A stretch of 64,000 bases of DNA. Origin: a virus. Below, in pieces: positions 47,341-57,118 of this stretch. The position numbers were made by a program, and so were the translations under genes. The notes beneath the pieces are model-generated. The model saw nothing but the letters and a program-made list of their open reading frames with translations, did no database searches and was not told the origin of the DNA. The DNA lies in IMG/VR virus record IMGVR_UViG_3300035696_000019, positions 1-64,000 of that record; one strand, given 5' to 3'. Each line of letters opens with the position of its first letter. The first letter of the stretch is position 1.

Positions 47341-48334
47341 CAGTTACTCCTCTATAGCCGCCAGCAACTCTCGCTTCACTCCCACCACCACCACACTATG
47401 AACCCACTGTTGATTCACTGTCGCTCTCACCATTGCCCCCACTATCCCGCTATTCCATCTCTCGTCATTCCCCACTCTTCTCCCGATCGTTCTCTTTCTC
47501 TCCGGTATCTTATGGTCTGGTCATGCATACTCACTGGCCTGGAGATAGACAACCAGTTTGGCCTTGTAATGTTCGGGCAGCGTTTGTGCGTTCCCTGATG
47601 TGTGATTGGATCAGATGTTGATCTGGATGGTTTGGCGCGCTGTTATGGATTGCTACGTCTTGGGAATGGATATCTGGATTGGTCGGTTCGGGTAGTCTTT
47701 TCGCTTACGGTTTGTGATTGCCCGAGGCGGTTTCATTTGATCGAGGAAGGGGTTCGGGAGCCGCTATTGTGTTTGATTACGAGAGAAGTTCTCGGGAACC
47801 GGTGTTGGAGGATTTCCCGTTCCATTCATTTGACTTTTCCATTGATTTCCCCTTGTTTTGTCTTTGTGGGGTTTCATGGGGAGTCAGCCGTATGTTTAAT
47901 CATGAATTGTTTTGTTTTATATTTAATATTTATATATACGGTGGGAAGAGGTATGGGGAGTCGTCGGCTCCCAGTGTTCGCGGTTTTGGCGAAACGCTTG
48001 TAATCGCGTTGTGCGCGCTTGTTTTATGCTCTGGTATATCTCGGTATACCAGCGATTCGGGGAACGCTTCTATGGTTGTTTCTGTGGTCGGAATCGCTAT
48101 ATCACTTGCATCTATGGTCTGGATAGACTCAGATTGCGGATTGTGACTCGGGTGTCAATTTGTTTCATTGCCAAATTCCCCTTTAGAATCATAGGCTTAT
48201 AACGCTTATTGCGTTAATCCTCGGCGTCGAATTGAGAAAAACGCCTGAAAATGCAAAAAGTGTCATTTGCACACAAGCCCGAGGGGTGATTCAGCAATTG
48301 GAAAAGGCGACCGGGAGTTCCGATCGCCTTTACT

Positions 48335-48565
48335 TTAGAGTCGCGCCTTAACCAGTTCAGCGAAGCGCGCCCATGCTGCGTCGCGCCCTTCATTGGTCGG
48401 CGGGAACACTTCATGGTCGGGCAGTATTATGTCGTCGCGTGGGCGGCGGGTGTCGATCTTCTCGACGACGTGATACGCCAGGTTCTCGTCCTCGTCGAAG
48501 TCATTGACCAGTAAAATCGACTCAATCCCACAGTAGTCGAAACGCTTGATGGTGAATTGGGGCAT
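48335..48565 (-). CDS. hypothetical protein
   Basis: GGGAG RBS; part of the early operon. Confidence 0.65.
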   Translation of the reverse strand: MPQFTIKRFDYCGIESILLVNDFDEDENLAYHVVEKIDTRRPRDDIILPDHEVFPPTNEGRDAAWARFAELVKARL

Positions 48566-48580
48566 GGTGCCGTCTCCCTG

Positions 48581-48811
48581 TCAGTTGTGAATGAGATCGA
48601 CCAGTTTTTCGAAAGGGAGTGCCTGCGAGGATTCGATCTGACCGGTGATCTGATCGATTACGTCGAGGACAACGCCTTCGTGCGTGATCTGAACATGCAG
48701 ATCCTTGAAGCTGTCGTCGTCCTCGCACGTCTCGCGACAAACGATGCGCAACCCCTTCGGCGCGTCATGCCAGGTTATGCCGTCATCCGTGGAATACTGC
48801 GTGTGGGTCAT
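48581..48811 (-). CDS. small acidic hypothetical protein
   Basis: AAAGGA RBS; promoter and operator upstream (48851-48894). Confidence 0.65.
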   Translation of the reverse strand: MTHTQYSTDDGITWHDAPKGLRIVCRETCEDDDSFKDLHVQITHEGVVLDVIDQITGQIESSQALPFEKLVDLIHN

Positions 48812-49115
48812 GGTCTTTCCTTTCGTCGCGTGGTTTGTTTCCATGCACTCAGTATGACCGACCGGTATTGGCGTAGATACGTCAGTTGTGACTTAGCCAA
48901 ATGGATCGCCAACGCCGGTTGGAGGCGCTCTTGGCGTGAAGAAGGAAATGAAAGCGCCTGCGAGAATGCAGGCGTTGGAGGGATTAGAGCTTTTTGAGTA
49001 GCGCGACCTGGCGCTCGGCCACCAGGCGCATTGTCGTAGAACTTGGTGGTGTTACCGGTGATGTGATCGATTGACCAGCCGGCATCAGCCAACCGCGTGT
49101 TGATCTGTCCTCGGG

Positions 49116-49418
49116 TCATGAAAGATCCTCCATGTGAGACTTCGGAACGGGGCCGCGCACGAATTCATAGTTGGAAATCTCACAGGCGTGTCGGTCGCGA
49201 CCGAGCATGGCCTTTCTGAATTTGCCAACTGCCTTGCCAACCCAAAAGGGACAGACCACATCGGCACGAATCCAACCCAAGCGATTGATCGGACCGCCGC
49301 CGTAAGTCGCCGTTGTGGCGAGATAGTCGGACTGACCGGTGTAGGTCAGCGACAGTTGGCGCACCAGATCGTCGGCCAGGATAACGTCGTCATCCTCAAG
49401 AATTTGAACAGAGATCAT
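49116..49418 (-). CDS. hypothetical protein
   Basis: Part of an overlapping ORF chain. Confidence 0.6.
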   Translation of the reverse strand: MISVQILEDDDVILADDLVRQLSLTYTGQSDYLATTATYGGGPINRLGWIRADVVCPFWVGKAVGKFRKAMLGRDRHACEISNYEFVRGPVPKSHMEDLS

Positions 49419-49728
49419 GGCATTTTTTCTCGTATTTCTTCAGCAGATCCTCGCCGTATTCGATCCACTCGGCGGCTGTCATGGTGACGATGGTTGGCCG
49501 CCCGCGCACAAACTCCTCCATGTCGGTAATCACATCCCACCAGGCGTGCATTGAGCCGTAGGGCGCAGCGATGGCGCGCATCTTTCGGGTGATTTCCAAA
49601 ATCTGCACAGCCTCAAGCAGCTCCTCCAGAAGCAGGAGAGCAATATCGCCATCTTCGAACGAGTGGCCGTTCGTATTGCGGGTGACTTTTCGCGCGCGTT
49701 CAAGCCATTCTTGAGATAGGAATTTCAT
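49396..49728 (-). CDS. hypothetical protein
   Basis: MKFLSQEW start overlaps the upstream stop. Confidence 0.55.
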   Translation of the reverse strand: MKFLSQEWLERARKVTRNTNGHSFEDGDIALLLLEELLEAVQILEITRKMRAIAAPYGSMHAWWDVITDMEEFVRGRPTIVTMTAAEWIEYGEDLLKKYEKKCHDLCSNS

Positions 49729-50108
49729 TTCAGCAACTCCTCCGGCACGTCCACCGAATCGCCCAGCTTGCTCGACACGTAACAGCGCATGGCGGCGATC
49801 AGCGGGGTTGGGCCGTCTTCGACGATAGTTCCGCCCGCGTTTCCGGCAGACCACTCGTCGCCCAAGAAGACCAGACCGATGCCTGCCTGCTCAATGATCG
49901 GGCCGCCTGCCTCCCACTTTTGCGAAAAGAGTAGGTCTGGGCCGGCCAAGTAGCACCCGTTCAACTTCCCGTCCTCGTCGCGCAAATATCGGAAAAGGCC
50001 GTCGCTTCTGCTCCAGGGAAGTTTCAATTCTTCGGACGGGATGCCCTTTGCGATGGCGACCGCCCAATCAAGGGCGGCGTCAGTCAGTTTGTTGGTCTTG
50101 ACTTTCAT
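49725..50108 (-). CDS. NinX/DUF2591-like protein
   Basis: LTDAALDWAVA...WEAGGPIIE...GPTPLIAAMRCYVSSKLGDSVDVPEEL. Confidence 0.8.
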   Translation of the reverse strand: MKVKTNKLTDAALDWAVAIAKGIPSEELKLPWSRSDGLFRYLRDEDGKLNGCYLAGPDLLFSQKWEAGGPIIEQAGIGLVFLGDEWSAGNAGGTIVEDGPTPLIAAMRCYVSSKLGDSVDVPEELLK

Positions 50109-50410
50109 TCGTCGTCCTCGACAAAGAAGCCGTGTTCGCGCAGGCCGGCGGCGACCGCTTTCGGCAGGCAAACAACGCCGTCGTAATCTGTGAGCATGAC
50201 CTTGGCACCGGATGCGATTGCTGCCTGGTATTTGCCCTGCTCGAAGTCGAAGAAGCGATCCGGGGTGATCGGGGCAAGCCACAGACCACCGCCGCACTCA
50301 TCGCCGCGCTCATCGTGCTCGAAGTAGCCGTAATTGGCCGCAGTGTCGATTTCGACCGTGAATTTGCCTGCCTGGAATTTCAGGTCGAAGTTGTATTGTT
50401 GTCCGCCCAT
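50105..50410 (-). CDS. hypothetical protein
   Basis: YGYFEH..GGGLW...LTDYDGV..LP; AAAGGA RBS. Confidence 0.7.
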   Translation of the reverse strand: MGGQQYNFDLKFQAGKFTVEIDTAANYGYFEHDERGDECGGGLWLAPITPDRFFDFEQGKYQAAIASGAKVMLTDYDGVVCLPKAVAAGLREHGFFVEDDE

Positions 50411-50582
50411 GATGCTTTCCTTTCATGCTGTGCTGTTCTGATGATTCATTATCGCAAGCGGTTATTGGCACTGCTACGTCATGAATGACTTACCCAAGCA
50501 AGTCGCCAATGCCGCAGAATTCTCGCCCAAGGGCGCTGTCCGGACGTGAAAAGGCCGACCAGTTGGTCGGCATGAGTCGATT

Positions 50583-51305
50583 TTAGGGGCATGTGTCCGG
50601 CCAGCAGCCATCCACAAGGCGACTGCCAATCGCGCAGCACTCACTGACAAGAGCCTGAGATAGATTGCCACGGAAGAACGACTCGACGCAGCCGAGAATG
50701 CTGCCGCGCAGCGTCTTGCGAAGCTCGACCATAAGCCACTCTTCGCCGGGCTTGCGTTCCAGCAGCCAGCGACTGAAGTCAGCCCCGACCACTTCCGACG
50801 CCTCATAGACGAACATGCCGCCAAAGTTCTCGCCACGCGCCTCCAGCATCCTCCACGTTGCGTCCTCAATGTCCGCAAGCAGCACGCCGATTTCGGCGAC
50901 CTGCTGGTAGAGTTCGGCACAACCCTGATCCCATATGGGCAGCAAATTGGACAGCATGTCGGGCTTGTCGCAGGTCAACATGCCGGTCATGACTGCGGCG
51001 GCATGGTGGGCGAAGTATTGCGGTTCCATATTGGCATGTGTTTGGCTTTTGACGTTCATGACAGTTCCTCTCAGGTTCGGGCCGACGCGCAGGCCGCCTT
51101 TCGGGCCGACGCTCAGAACGTAATCGGGGTCTTCTACGACCTCATCGTAAGTCTTGGCGATGTGGATCGACGCAGGCTCGGGCTGGTTGCCGAACGCCAA
51201 CATTTCGTTGACGTAGAGCACGTATGCGCACTTGGCGTTGTTGACGCTATGCAGGCGTCTTCCTTCGGTGACAGGCGTTGAGCCGATGCAGAGAATGCAT
51301 TTCAT
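50583..51305 (-). CDS. hypothetical protein (possibly two genes; internal start at 51059)
   Basis: Internal GAGG RBS before MNVKSQ. Confidence 0.55.
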   Translation of the reverse strand: MKCILCIGSTPVTEGRRLHSVNNAKCAYVLYVNEMLAFGNQPEPASIHIAKTYDEVVEDPDYVLSVGPKGGLRVGPNLRGTVMNVKSQTHANMEPQYFAHHAAAVMTGMLTCDKPDMLSNLLPIWDQGCAELYQQVAEIGVLLADIEDATWRMLEARGENFGGMFVYEASEVVGADFSRWLLERKPGEEWLMVELRKTLRGSILGCVESFFRGNLSQALVSECCAIGSRLVDGCWPDTCP

Positions 51306-51317
51306 GATGGATTCCTT

Positions 51318-51644
51318 TCAGGCAGCAAGCGCCAGGCGGTCGATGTAATGACGAGCAACCCGTTCCATCGCCTCCTTCAGATCGGTGACGCCCAAGTGGT
51401 AGCGAGTCATCAGCGGGCGTTCCGAGAACTCGTATTTGGTCAAATACCGACTCAGATAACCCACGCGACCGTAGCAGTCGCTCACCAACCACGTCTCCCG
51501 CGTAAAGACGCTGAAGTCGATCACCCAATCTTCCTCGTCGGTTTCGATGTGGTAGTTGTGATCGTCATCCTTGACGAGCGCGAAGCGGGCATCGCCCACC
51601 ATGAAAGTGCGTTCGATCATGTTTATCTCCGGTTTCGTTTCCAT
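51318..51644 (-). CDS. hypothetical protein
   Basis: Directly downstream of a promoter/operator module. Confidence 0.65.
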   Translation of the reverse strand: METKPEINMIERTFMVGDARFALVKDDDHNYHIETDEEDWVIDFSVFTRETWLVSDCYGRVGYLSRYLTKYEFSERPLMTRYHLGVTDLKEAMERVARHYIDRLALAA

Positions 51645-51891
51645 GCATACAGTATGCGACGTGAGAATAGGCGTTACTATGTCACCGATGACTTACCCAA
51701 ACAAGTCGCCAAAGGCAGAATCAGGATTTCGAAACCGGGAGAGGAAGACAATTCGCGCCAACGACGGTGGGCGTAATCGAAGGCCATGCGACGATCCGCC
51801 ACCATCTCCTCGGGCCGTCCGTTATCAGTAACAAGCCAATTGCCTTCACCGAGACTGCGCAGTGTGACAATTGGTTTCATGATGGCTCCTG

Positions 51892-52155
51892 TTAGAACAT
51901 GAGGGCGTGACGCGAGCGCACGTCGACGTAATCAATACCCTTCGTAGCCCGCAGCCAATGATCCAGATCGCCTTCCGTGCAGCGCGCCTGCACATGCACC
52001 TGGGAGATTGTCGGGTCTTCACGATAGACGCCACCATCGCGCGCTACATCCACCCAACTGAGCTTCTCCAGACGCCGGATCAGCGTCGCTTTGGCTTTGG
52101 TCGACACGTCGATGACGAACTGTTTGGCTATAAGCGTTTTCTTCGGTTTCATCAT
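51892..52155 (-). CDS. hypothetical protein
   Basis: Operator (52165-52180) and promoter upstream. Confidence 0.6.
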   Translation of the reverse strand: MMKPKKTLIAKQFVIDVSTKAKATLIRRLEKLSWVDVARDGGVYREDPTISQVHVQARCTEGDLDHWLRATKGIDYVDVRSRHALMF

Positions 52156-52239
52156 ATCACCTATAAGTCAGTTGTGAGTTATCTGATGAATATATTATCG
52201 CAAGCGGATAAAGGGCTTTCCGCTTGCGAACAGGGAGAG

Positions 52240-52659
52240 CTACAGCAGGGTGTGCAGATGCCCGATGAATACCGAGAGCACGACGGGGTCGCCCTCCGCC
52301 ACTTCGAACAAGCGTTCGCGTGCCGCCTCGGGCGTGTCGGCGGCCAGGTGGAAAACGAAGGGCTGGAGATTGTCGGCATAATAGCCAACCACGGTGAAGG
52401 CCGAGTCGGCGCCAACGACACGGGTGTTGATGGTGCGGATGGTGATCGGCACTTGCTTCTCGCGGATCGCCTGCAAACGCTTGGCGAGGGTCTTATGAAC
52501 CATTTCAGGCGCCTCCTCGACCACGCCAACGCCATTGTCATCGCGGATGTCAGCACGCAGCATGGCTGATCCGAGAAACTGGCCGATGGCGTAAGCCAGA
52601 GCGGTCTTGCCAACCCCTGCCGGGGCACATACCGTGATGTGGATTTCGGGAGTCTTCAT
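52240..52659 (-). CDS. small P-loop-containing protein
   Basis: APAGVGKT; AGGA RBS before MKTPEI. Confidence 0.55.
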   Translation of the reverse strand: MKTPEIHITVCAPAGVGKTALAYAIGQFLGSAMLRADIRDDNGVGVVEEAPEMVHKTLAKRLQAIREKQVPITIRTINTRVVGADSAFTVVGYYADNLQPFVFHLAADTPEAARERLFEVAEGDPVVLSVFIGHLHTLL

Positions 52660-52842
52660 TGCTTGGGGTTCCTGTAAGTGTTCAACCATGCGAGGCCGAA
52701 CTGGTTGCGAATCTGTTGCAGCAAGGGCTGGTCGGCTACCGGCAGATGGCGATAGTCGCCCGTCATCCAGCAAAGACGCAGAGCCTTTCTCCAGAATCGC
52801 CCATGCGTGACGGCAAAGCGCCGCAACGCCGCCTACTGATCT

Positions 52843-53208
52843 TCATTGGGTTGTTGCTTCATTCGAGGCTCCTTCCAGCGCTTTCAATGCCTGGCGCAGT
52901 TCGTCGCGCCCGTAGTCGGCGGCGTTGAAAGTGCATTGGGCGATGTCGTCCAGTTGTTCGATAATCCAGACTACTTTCTCTCGGTTGTCACCCCGGACGT
53001 TCTTAGCCAGGGCATGCAATTGGCTGAGAATTCCACTCAGGAAGTCTTCAGCCGGGTATTGGGTCATCGCCTCCTCGACGTGTGCGTCGATACCCTTGAC
53101 AGCCTGAAGCTGGGCGTCAAGGGTCAGCAACTCCTCGATGCGGTCTTCGGGCAGTGTGCCGTTAAGGCGGAAGTGCTCCGCGTTGGTCAGGTTGGTGGCG
53201 TAGACCAT
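52843..53208 (-). CDS. hypothetical protein
   Basis: MVYATNL... helical ORF. Confidence 0.6.
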   Translation of the reverse strand: MVYATNLTNAEHFRLNGTLPEDRIEELLTLDAQLQAVKGIDAHVEEAMTQYPAEDFLSGILSQLHALAKNVRGDNREKVVWIIEQLDDIAQCTFNAADYGRDELRQALKALEGASNEATTQ

Positions 53209-53260
53209 AACTTTCTCGCTTGGGTTTGTTGGTTCGATAGGGTTATTGTGCCGATTGGGG

Positions 53261-53857
53261 TCAGACGCAAAACACAAAAATGCGCCCCTGCGCCTTGAGG
53301 TATTGGGTATCCGCGAACATGTCGGTAAGCACCAGATGATCACCACGCGCCATCAAGTTCGCCCCATGCACGTCCAGCTCCAGGGCGCCGATCCAGTTGG
53401 TAGCGAAATGCTCAACATCCAGTATCGCGTTGACGTAATCGTCGTCGCCGGTTGACTCTGCGTGTTCCACCATCGCTGCGAGCCTTCTGCGCTGCCAGTC
53501 TCGCCCTCGCCACTCCTCAAAAGCAGCACGGTTGAAGGCGCGCACGAGCCGACGCCCCTGCTTTGCAACTGGCGCTCCTGCTCGATGTAGTGGCGTAAGT
53601 TTTTCAATCTCCAGCACGTCGATCGGCAATCGCGCACTGTCCTCTCTGTGGCGGCCATACAGCGCTGGGAAGAAATCGCCCTTGCAGTAGTCGAGAAAAT
53701 TGACGTATGCCAGGTCGCTCGTCACCTTCATGACACGATCACCACAGTCGTATACAGCAGAGAACATACCCCGGCCAATCGGCTTGGCATCGTCCAGCCC
53801 ATACTTGAACAGAATGTTTCTGATCCCGGGGTCGCGTAGGCTAAAGGTGCGTCTCAT
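53261..53857 (-). CDS. protein-kinase-like fold protein
   Basis: IGRGMFSAVY Gly loop, VMKVT lysine, LDVHGAN catalytic loop, LTD. Confidence 0.7.
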   Translation of the reverse strand: MRRTFSLRDPGIRNILFKYGLDDAKPIGRGMFSAVYDCGDRVMKVTSDLAYVNFLDYCKGDFFPALYGRHREDSARLPIDVLEIEKLTPLHRAGAPVAKQGRRLVRAFNRAAFEEWRGRDWQRRRLAAMVEHAESTGDDDYVNAILDVEHFATNWIGALELDVHGANLMARGDHLVLTDMFADTQYLKAQGRIFVFCV

Positions 53858-53887
53858 GGTCGTTCTCTGCGTGTTGTTTCGATAGAT

Positions 53888-54418
53888 TTATTGTGCCGGG
53901 GCCGCAGTGGATGGCGAATTCAAGGTCTTGAGCGCTGTCTGAACCGTCTGGACAATCTCCTTCAGATCCAGATAGTCCGGGTTGGGCTTTTCGGACAGTT
54001 GAAGCCACCACTCGTCGCCAAATACCCCATAAAGAAAGTCGCCCTCCTCGCTGTGGTGGCCCATCAACTCGGATCGATCAAACAGTCGCCGCGCGTCTTT
54101 CTTCGACAAGTCACCTTCGCGGCGCTGGCAACAGATCGCCGCTCGGACGTGAGCGGGTAACGCGTCTTCATCGACGACCATGCTCGACATGTCAGGCTTG
54201 AGCTTGTTGACAAGGTAGGGTGCATCACACTCGGCTAAGAAGGACGTGATGGTGTGACTCTCGCCCATGTGACTCCAATAGTGCGACCAGGCTTCGCCGA
54301 CGCGCTCGATGGTGATGCGGCCGGCGCCAGGGCCAAAGTCTTCGAGGAAGACATTGATGGTGTCGCGTTCTTCTTTGAGAATGCTGATCTTGCGCACGGT
54401 GGATTCGGTGATTCTCAT
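53888..54418 (-). CDS. conserved phage hypothetical protein
   Basis: VFLEDFGPGAGRITI...WSHMG...PNPDY. Confidence 0.7.
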   Translation of the reverse strand: MRITESTVRKISILKEERDTINVFLEDFGPGAGRITIERVGEAWSHYWSHMGESHTITSFLAECDAPYLVNKLKPDMSSMVVDEDALPAHVRAAICCQRREGDLSKKDARRLFDRSELMGHHSEEGDFLYGVFGDEWWLQLSEKPNPDYLDLKEIVQTVQTALKTLNSPSTAAPAQ

Positions 54419-54419
54419 G

Positions 54420-54647
54420 TCAGTTCTCGATCAATTTGACCATGCGCTTGCAGCGCCGGATGTAGCGCTCGATCATGCCTGCCACGCGCCCAATGCGCGT
54501 CTCATACTCGACCTCGTGACGAATGCACGTCCTGAACACGAACTCCTCCACCGCCTCAACACCGTCATACGGGCCATCGGTGGTGTCGTAGTCGATCCGG
54601 CAGGTGTAGACGGTTTCAATCTTGACCTGCGGCTTTTAGGCTTTCAC
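54420..54647 (-). pseudogene. disrupted small ORF
   Basis: GTG AAA GCC TAA followed by a protein-like frame KPQVKIETVY...; a probable second frameshift near the 3' end. Confidence 0.35.
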
Positions 54648-54883
54648 TTTGGTCTCCTTACAAGATCGAAATGAGTGTCATCGATCATGTAGGCATTGAG
54701 TTCGTTGTGATCTACCGCTATCGGGTAGGTCTCCTCCGGGAAGGTGATGGACTCGTCGGCCACGCCCACTACGCGCATTTCAAGCGTCTTCATGTGAGAG
54801 AGGCCGAGTTTGCGACCAAAGATGATTTCCAGTCCGTTGTCGTTCAGACGCACGATGTCGCCCATTTTCAGTTTGCAGGCCAT
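54644..54883 (-). CDS. hypothetical protein (SH3-like)
   Basis: LKMGDIVRL; GGAGG RBS. Confidence 0.6.
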   Translation of the reverse strand: MACKLKMGDIVRLNDNGLEIIFGRKLGLSHMKTLEMRVVGVADESITFPEETYPIAVDHNELNAYMIDDTHFDLVRRPK

Positions 54884-55113
54884 TACGCGCCCTCCGTGGC
54901 CGTGGTCCGATTGGTGTCGCGCACAAAGTCCACCAGACCGGCGAAGTCCAGCTTGCCGACCTGATGAACGAAGCGATAAAAGCAGGACTCGATGGACTCG
55001 CCATTACGGTCCAGCAGATGAACCTTGCGCGTGGTGATCTTCACGCCATACACGCCACACAGGTCGCCCATGAATGTCGGCGGAACCATTACGGATACGA
55101 GGTCAGCAGTCAT
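54883..55113 (-). CDS. hypothetical protein, paralog of 55856-56053
   Basis: VPP...GVKIT...LLD...LDF..LVDFVR. Confidence 0.65.
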   Translation of the reverse strand: MTADLVSVMVPPTFMGDLCGVYGVKITTRKVHLLDRNGESIESCFYRFVHQVGKLDFAGLVDFVRDTNRTTATEGA

Positions 55114-55343
55114 ACGCACCCCTTCTTGATCCAGGCAGCGACCTGCTTGTCGTGAATGGCCTGAAGTAGCTTATGCAGGGCGGCATACGGCTTGCGCTGC
55201 TCGTTCGCCTCGCGCTCCGTCTTGCCCTCGCAACGCGATGCGGTGTTGTCCAGGTCGCGGAGAAAGGCCGTCTGCGTCGGCCAGGACAGCGCCGCAAAGA
55301 GGGATTCCGTCATTTCCAGCAGGTGTTTGTTCGGGGCGCTCAT
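55110..55343 (-). CDS. hypothetical protein
   Basis: GGAGG RBS; part of the ORF chain. Confidence 0.55.
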   Translation of the reverse strand: MSAPNKHLLEMTESLFAALSWPTQTAFLRDLDNTASRCEGKTEREANEQRKPYAALHKLLQAIHDKQVAAWIKKGCV

Positions 55344-55428
55344 ACAGCCTCCTTGACGACTTGTTCGATCAAGCTCTGCGTGAGCCGCGACAGGTAGGCG
55401 CTGAGAACCTTTGCGTGTTGGGCGTTAT

Positions 55429-55653
55429 TCATGATTGTTTCCTCGGTTGCGTGGGCGGAAGAACGTAGGCGGAGCGGCAATTGCCACTTGTCAACATGCG
55501 CCGACAGTGAGCGTCCGCCTCTTCCGCCGAATCCCACAATGAGCGCGACTGAAAGCCGCTGCCTTTGGCAGTTTCGACAACCGCCCACTTTTCCGCGCGG
55601 TAAAGCGGGGTCGGATTGTGCTTGGCTGCTTGAGCCTGATGCCAGGTGGTCAT
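55429..55653 (-). CDS. hypothetical protein
   Basis: MTTWHQ start with GGAGG RBS. Confidence 0.55.
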   Translation of the reverse strand: MTTWHQAQAAKHNPTPLYRAEKWAVVETAKGSGFQSRSLWDSAEEADAHCRRMLTSGNCRSAYVLPPTQPRKQS

Positions 55654-55859
55654 TTGCGTTCCTCCAGCCAGTAGAACCATGTGTCGGGCTGCTCTTTATT
55701 CCACTTCGCGACTAGGCTGGCGCAGACCTTCATCAGTGCGCACTCCGGGTGGCCGTCGGGGTCAGACAACATCCAGTGCTGATAACCTGTCCATTTGGCC
55801 TCGGTATCAATGCCCGTTGGTATATGCCTGCGTATCAGGCGCGGAAGTTGGGTTTTCAT
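55650..55859 (-). CDS. hypothetical protein
   Basis: MKTQLP start overlapping the upstream stop. Confidence 0.5.
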   Translation of the reverse strand: MKTQLPRLIRRHIPTGIDTEAKWTGYQHWMLSDPDGHPECALMKVCASLVAKWNKEQPDTWFYWLEERK

Positions 55860-56053
55860 TGAGCGCCCCTCACGAAATCCACCAGTCTGCCAAAGTCCAG
55901 ATTGGCGATCTGACTGACGTGACGGTAGGTTTTGGATTCGGTCGGGCGTCCCAACTGATCCAGCAGACGCACTTCGCTGGCGGTGATTTTCACACCAAAG
56001 GCGCCATAGATTTCCGCCAGGTAAATCGGCGGAACAATAACCGATGAGGTCAT
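55856..56053 (-). CDS. hypothetical protein, paralog of 54883-55113
   Basis: GGGAG RBS; shares motifs with the paralog. Confidence 0.65.
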   Translation of the reverse strand: MTSSVIVPPIYLAEIYGAFGVKITASEVRLLDQLGRPTESKTYRHVSQIANLDFGRLVDFVRGAQ

Positions 56054-56064
56054 AACACTCTCCC

Positions 56065-56394
56065 TTAGCGGTGCGTGAAGTAAACGCGACGCCATTCGGC
56101 GAACTCGGGATGGTCGGGACGAACTTCGCTCCTGACAATGCAGTAGCTTTGGCCCTTCGACTCGCTCACATACATGAAGCCCGCGTAGCAGCCGGCGCGA
56201 TGCATCGCCTCTTCAAGCATGGTGTTGGCACCATCCGCCAGACCGACGTAATAGTCGGCGGATTTCTCGCGCACATGATCGGCTTGGCTCTCGACCGGCA
56301 CAGTCGCCTTCACCCGCAGCACCTCATCAACGTGCCGTAAAATCAACTCTTGGCGCTCCATCAGCCTGAGCACATGAGTGGGGGTTTTCGCCAT
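56065..56394 (-). CDS. hypothetical protein
   Basis: GGAG RBS; promoter at ~56429. Confidence 0.65.
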   Translation of the reverse strand: MAKTPTHVLRLMERQELILRHVDEVLRVKATVPVESQADHVREKSADYYVGLADGANTMLEEAMHRAGCYAGFMYVSESKGQSYCIVRSEVRPDHPEFAEWRRVYFTHR

Positions 56395-56461
56395 GATTGC
56401 GTCTCCGGTTGTTTCGTTTCGATAATTCATTGTCGCAAGCGGATAGAGGACTTACGCTTGT

Positions 56462-56728
56462 TCACGCGGGAGATTGCGAAGACGGCCTGTGCGTGCGTGT
56501 ATCGCCCCGTGGCAGCGCCAGAATCTCGCCATTGCCGATCATGCGGTGACGCCATCGACCCTCGGGGGTGCGCGTGGGCGAACCATGCAGCCGCATGATG
56601 TCCTCGATATACCAGACCACCGCCGACTCCTCGGTATGGGCGGCGATTTCAATCATCGGGAAACGGCGCGACCCGCGCGTCAGATCATTCGACACCGGGT
56701 CATGCCGGCCAATCATAAAAACCTTCAT
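56462..56728 (-). CDS. hypothetical protein
   Basis: MKVFMIG start overlapping the upstream stop. Confidence 0.45.
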   Translation of the reverse strand: MKVFMIGRHDPVSNDLTRGSRRFPMIEIAAHTEESAVVWYIEDIMRLHGSPTRTPEGRWRHRMIGNGEILALPRGDTRTHRPSSQSPA

Positions 56729-57118
56729 TCCATCCTCAACATTTGCATGGCGCGTTCGTTGCACGCCTTAATGACTCGCTGACACAAGTCAACGTCAAAC
56801 ATGCCGATGTGACAGTCAGCGGGGTCAATTCCCAACGCCTCCGCAAGCCACTTGTAGGCACTGACGCGCGCCACGTTCTCACCCCCTCCAGATCGGGTCA
56901 AAGGCGGCGTGGGCGGCCGACTTCATGCTGCGCAGTTCGGCATCAGCAAGCCTGCCCAGCGGGCGCTCGGAATGCGGGTGACACCCGACATACGCATCAC
57001 AGGGCGCGCAGCGGTAAAAGACCTTGGCATACAGGTCAGGGCGGTGCGAATAGATGACCTTGCCCGATACCTTCTCAGACCACTTGCCGCAATACGGGCA
57101 TTTAGGATTGATGTTCAT
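56725..57118 (-). pseudogene. DUF3268-like zinc-finger gene frameshifted at a G5 run
   Basis: CPYCG...C..CDAYVGCH...AHAAFDPIW stops; the shifted frame continues AYKWLAEALGI..CHIGMFDVDLC. Confidence 0.75.

Noticed and set aside
46806-48202. Short ORFs in the ORF track across this region
   Set aside because: Low-complexity, repeat-derived translations lacking RBS and phage-like codon usage.
54630-54647. Stop-codon reassignment suggested by an in-frame TAA
   Set aside because: Isolated case; TAA, TAG and TGA all terminate well-defined genes elsewhere.
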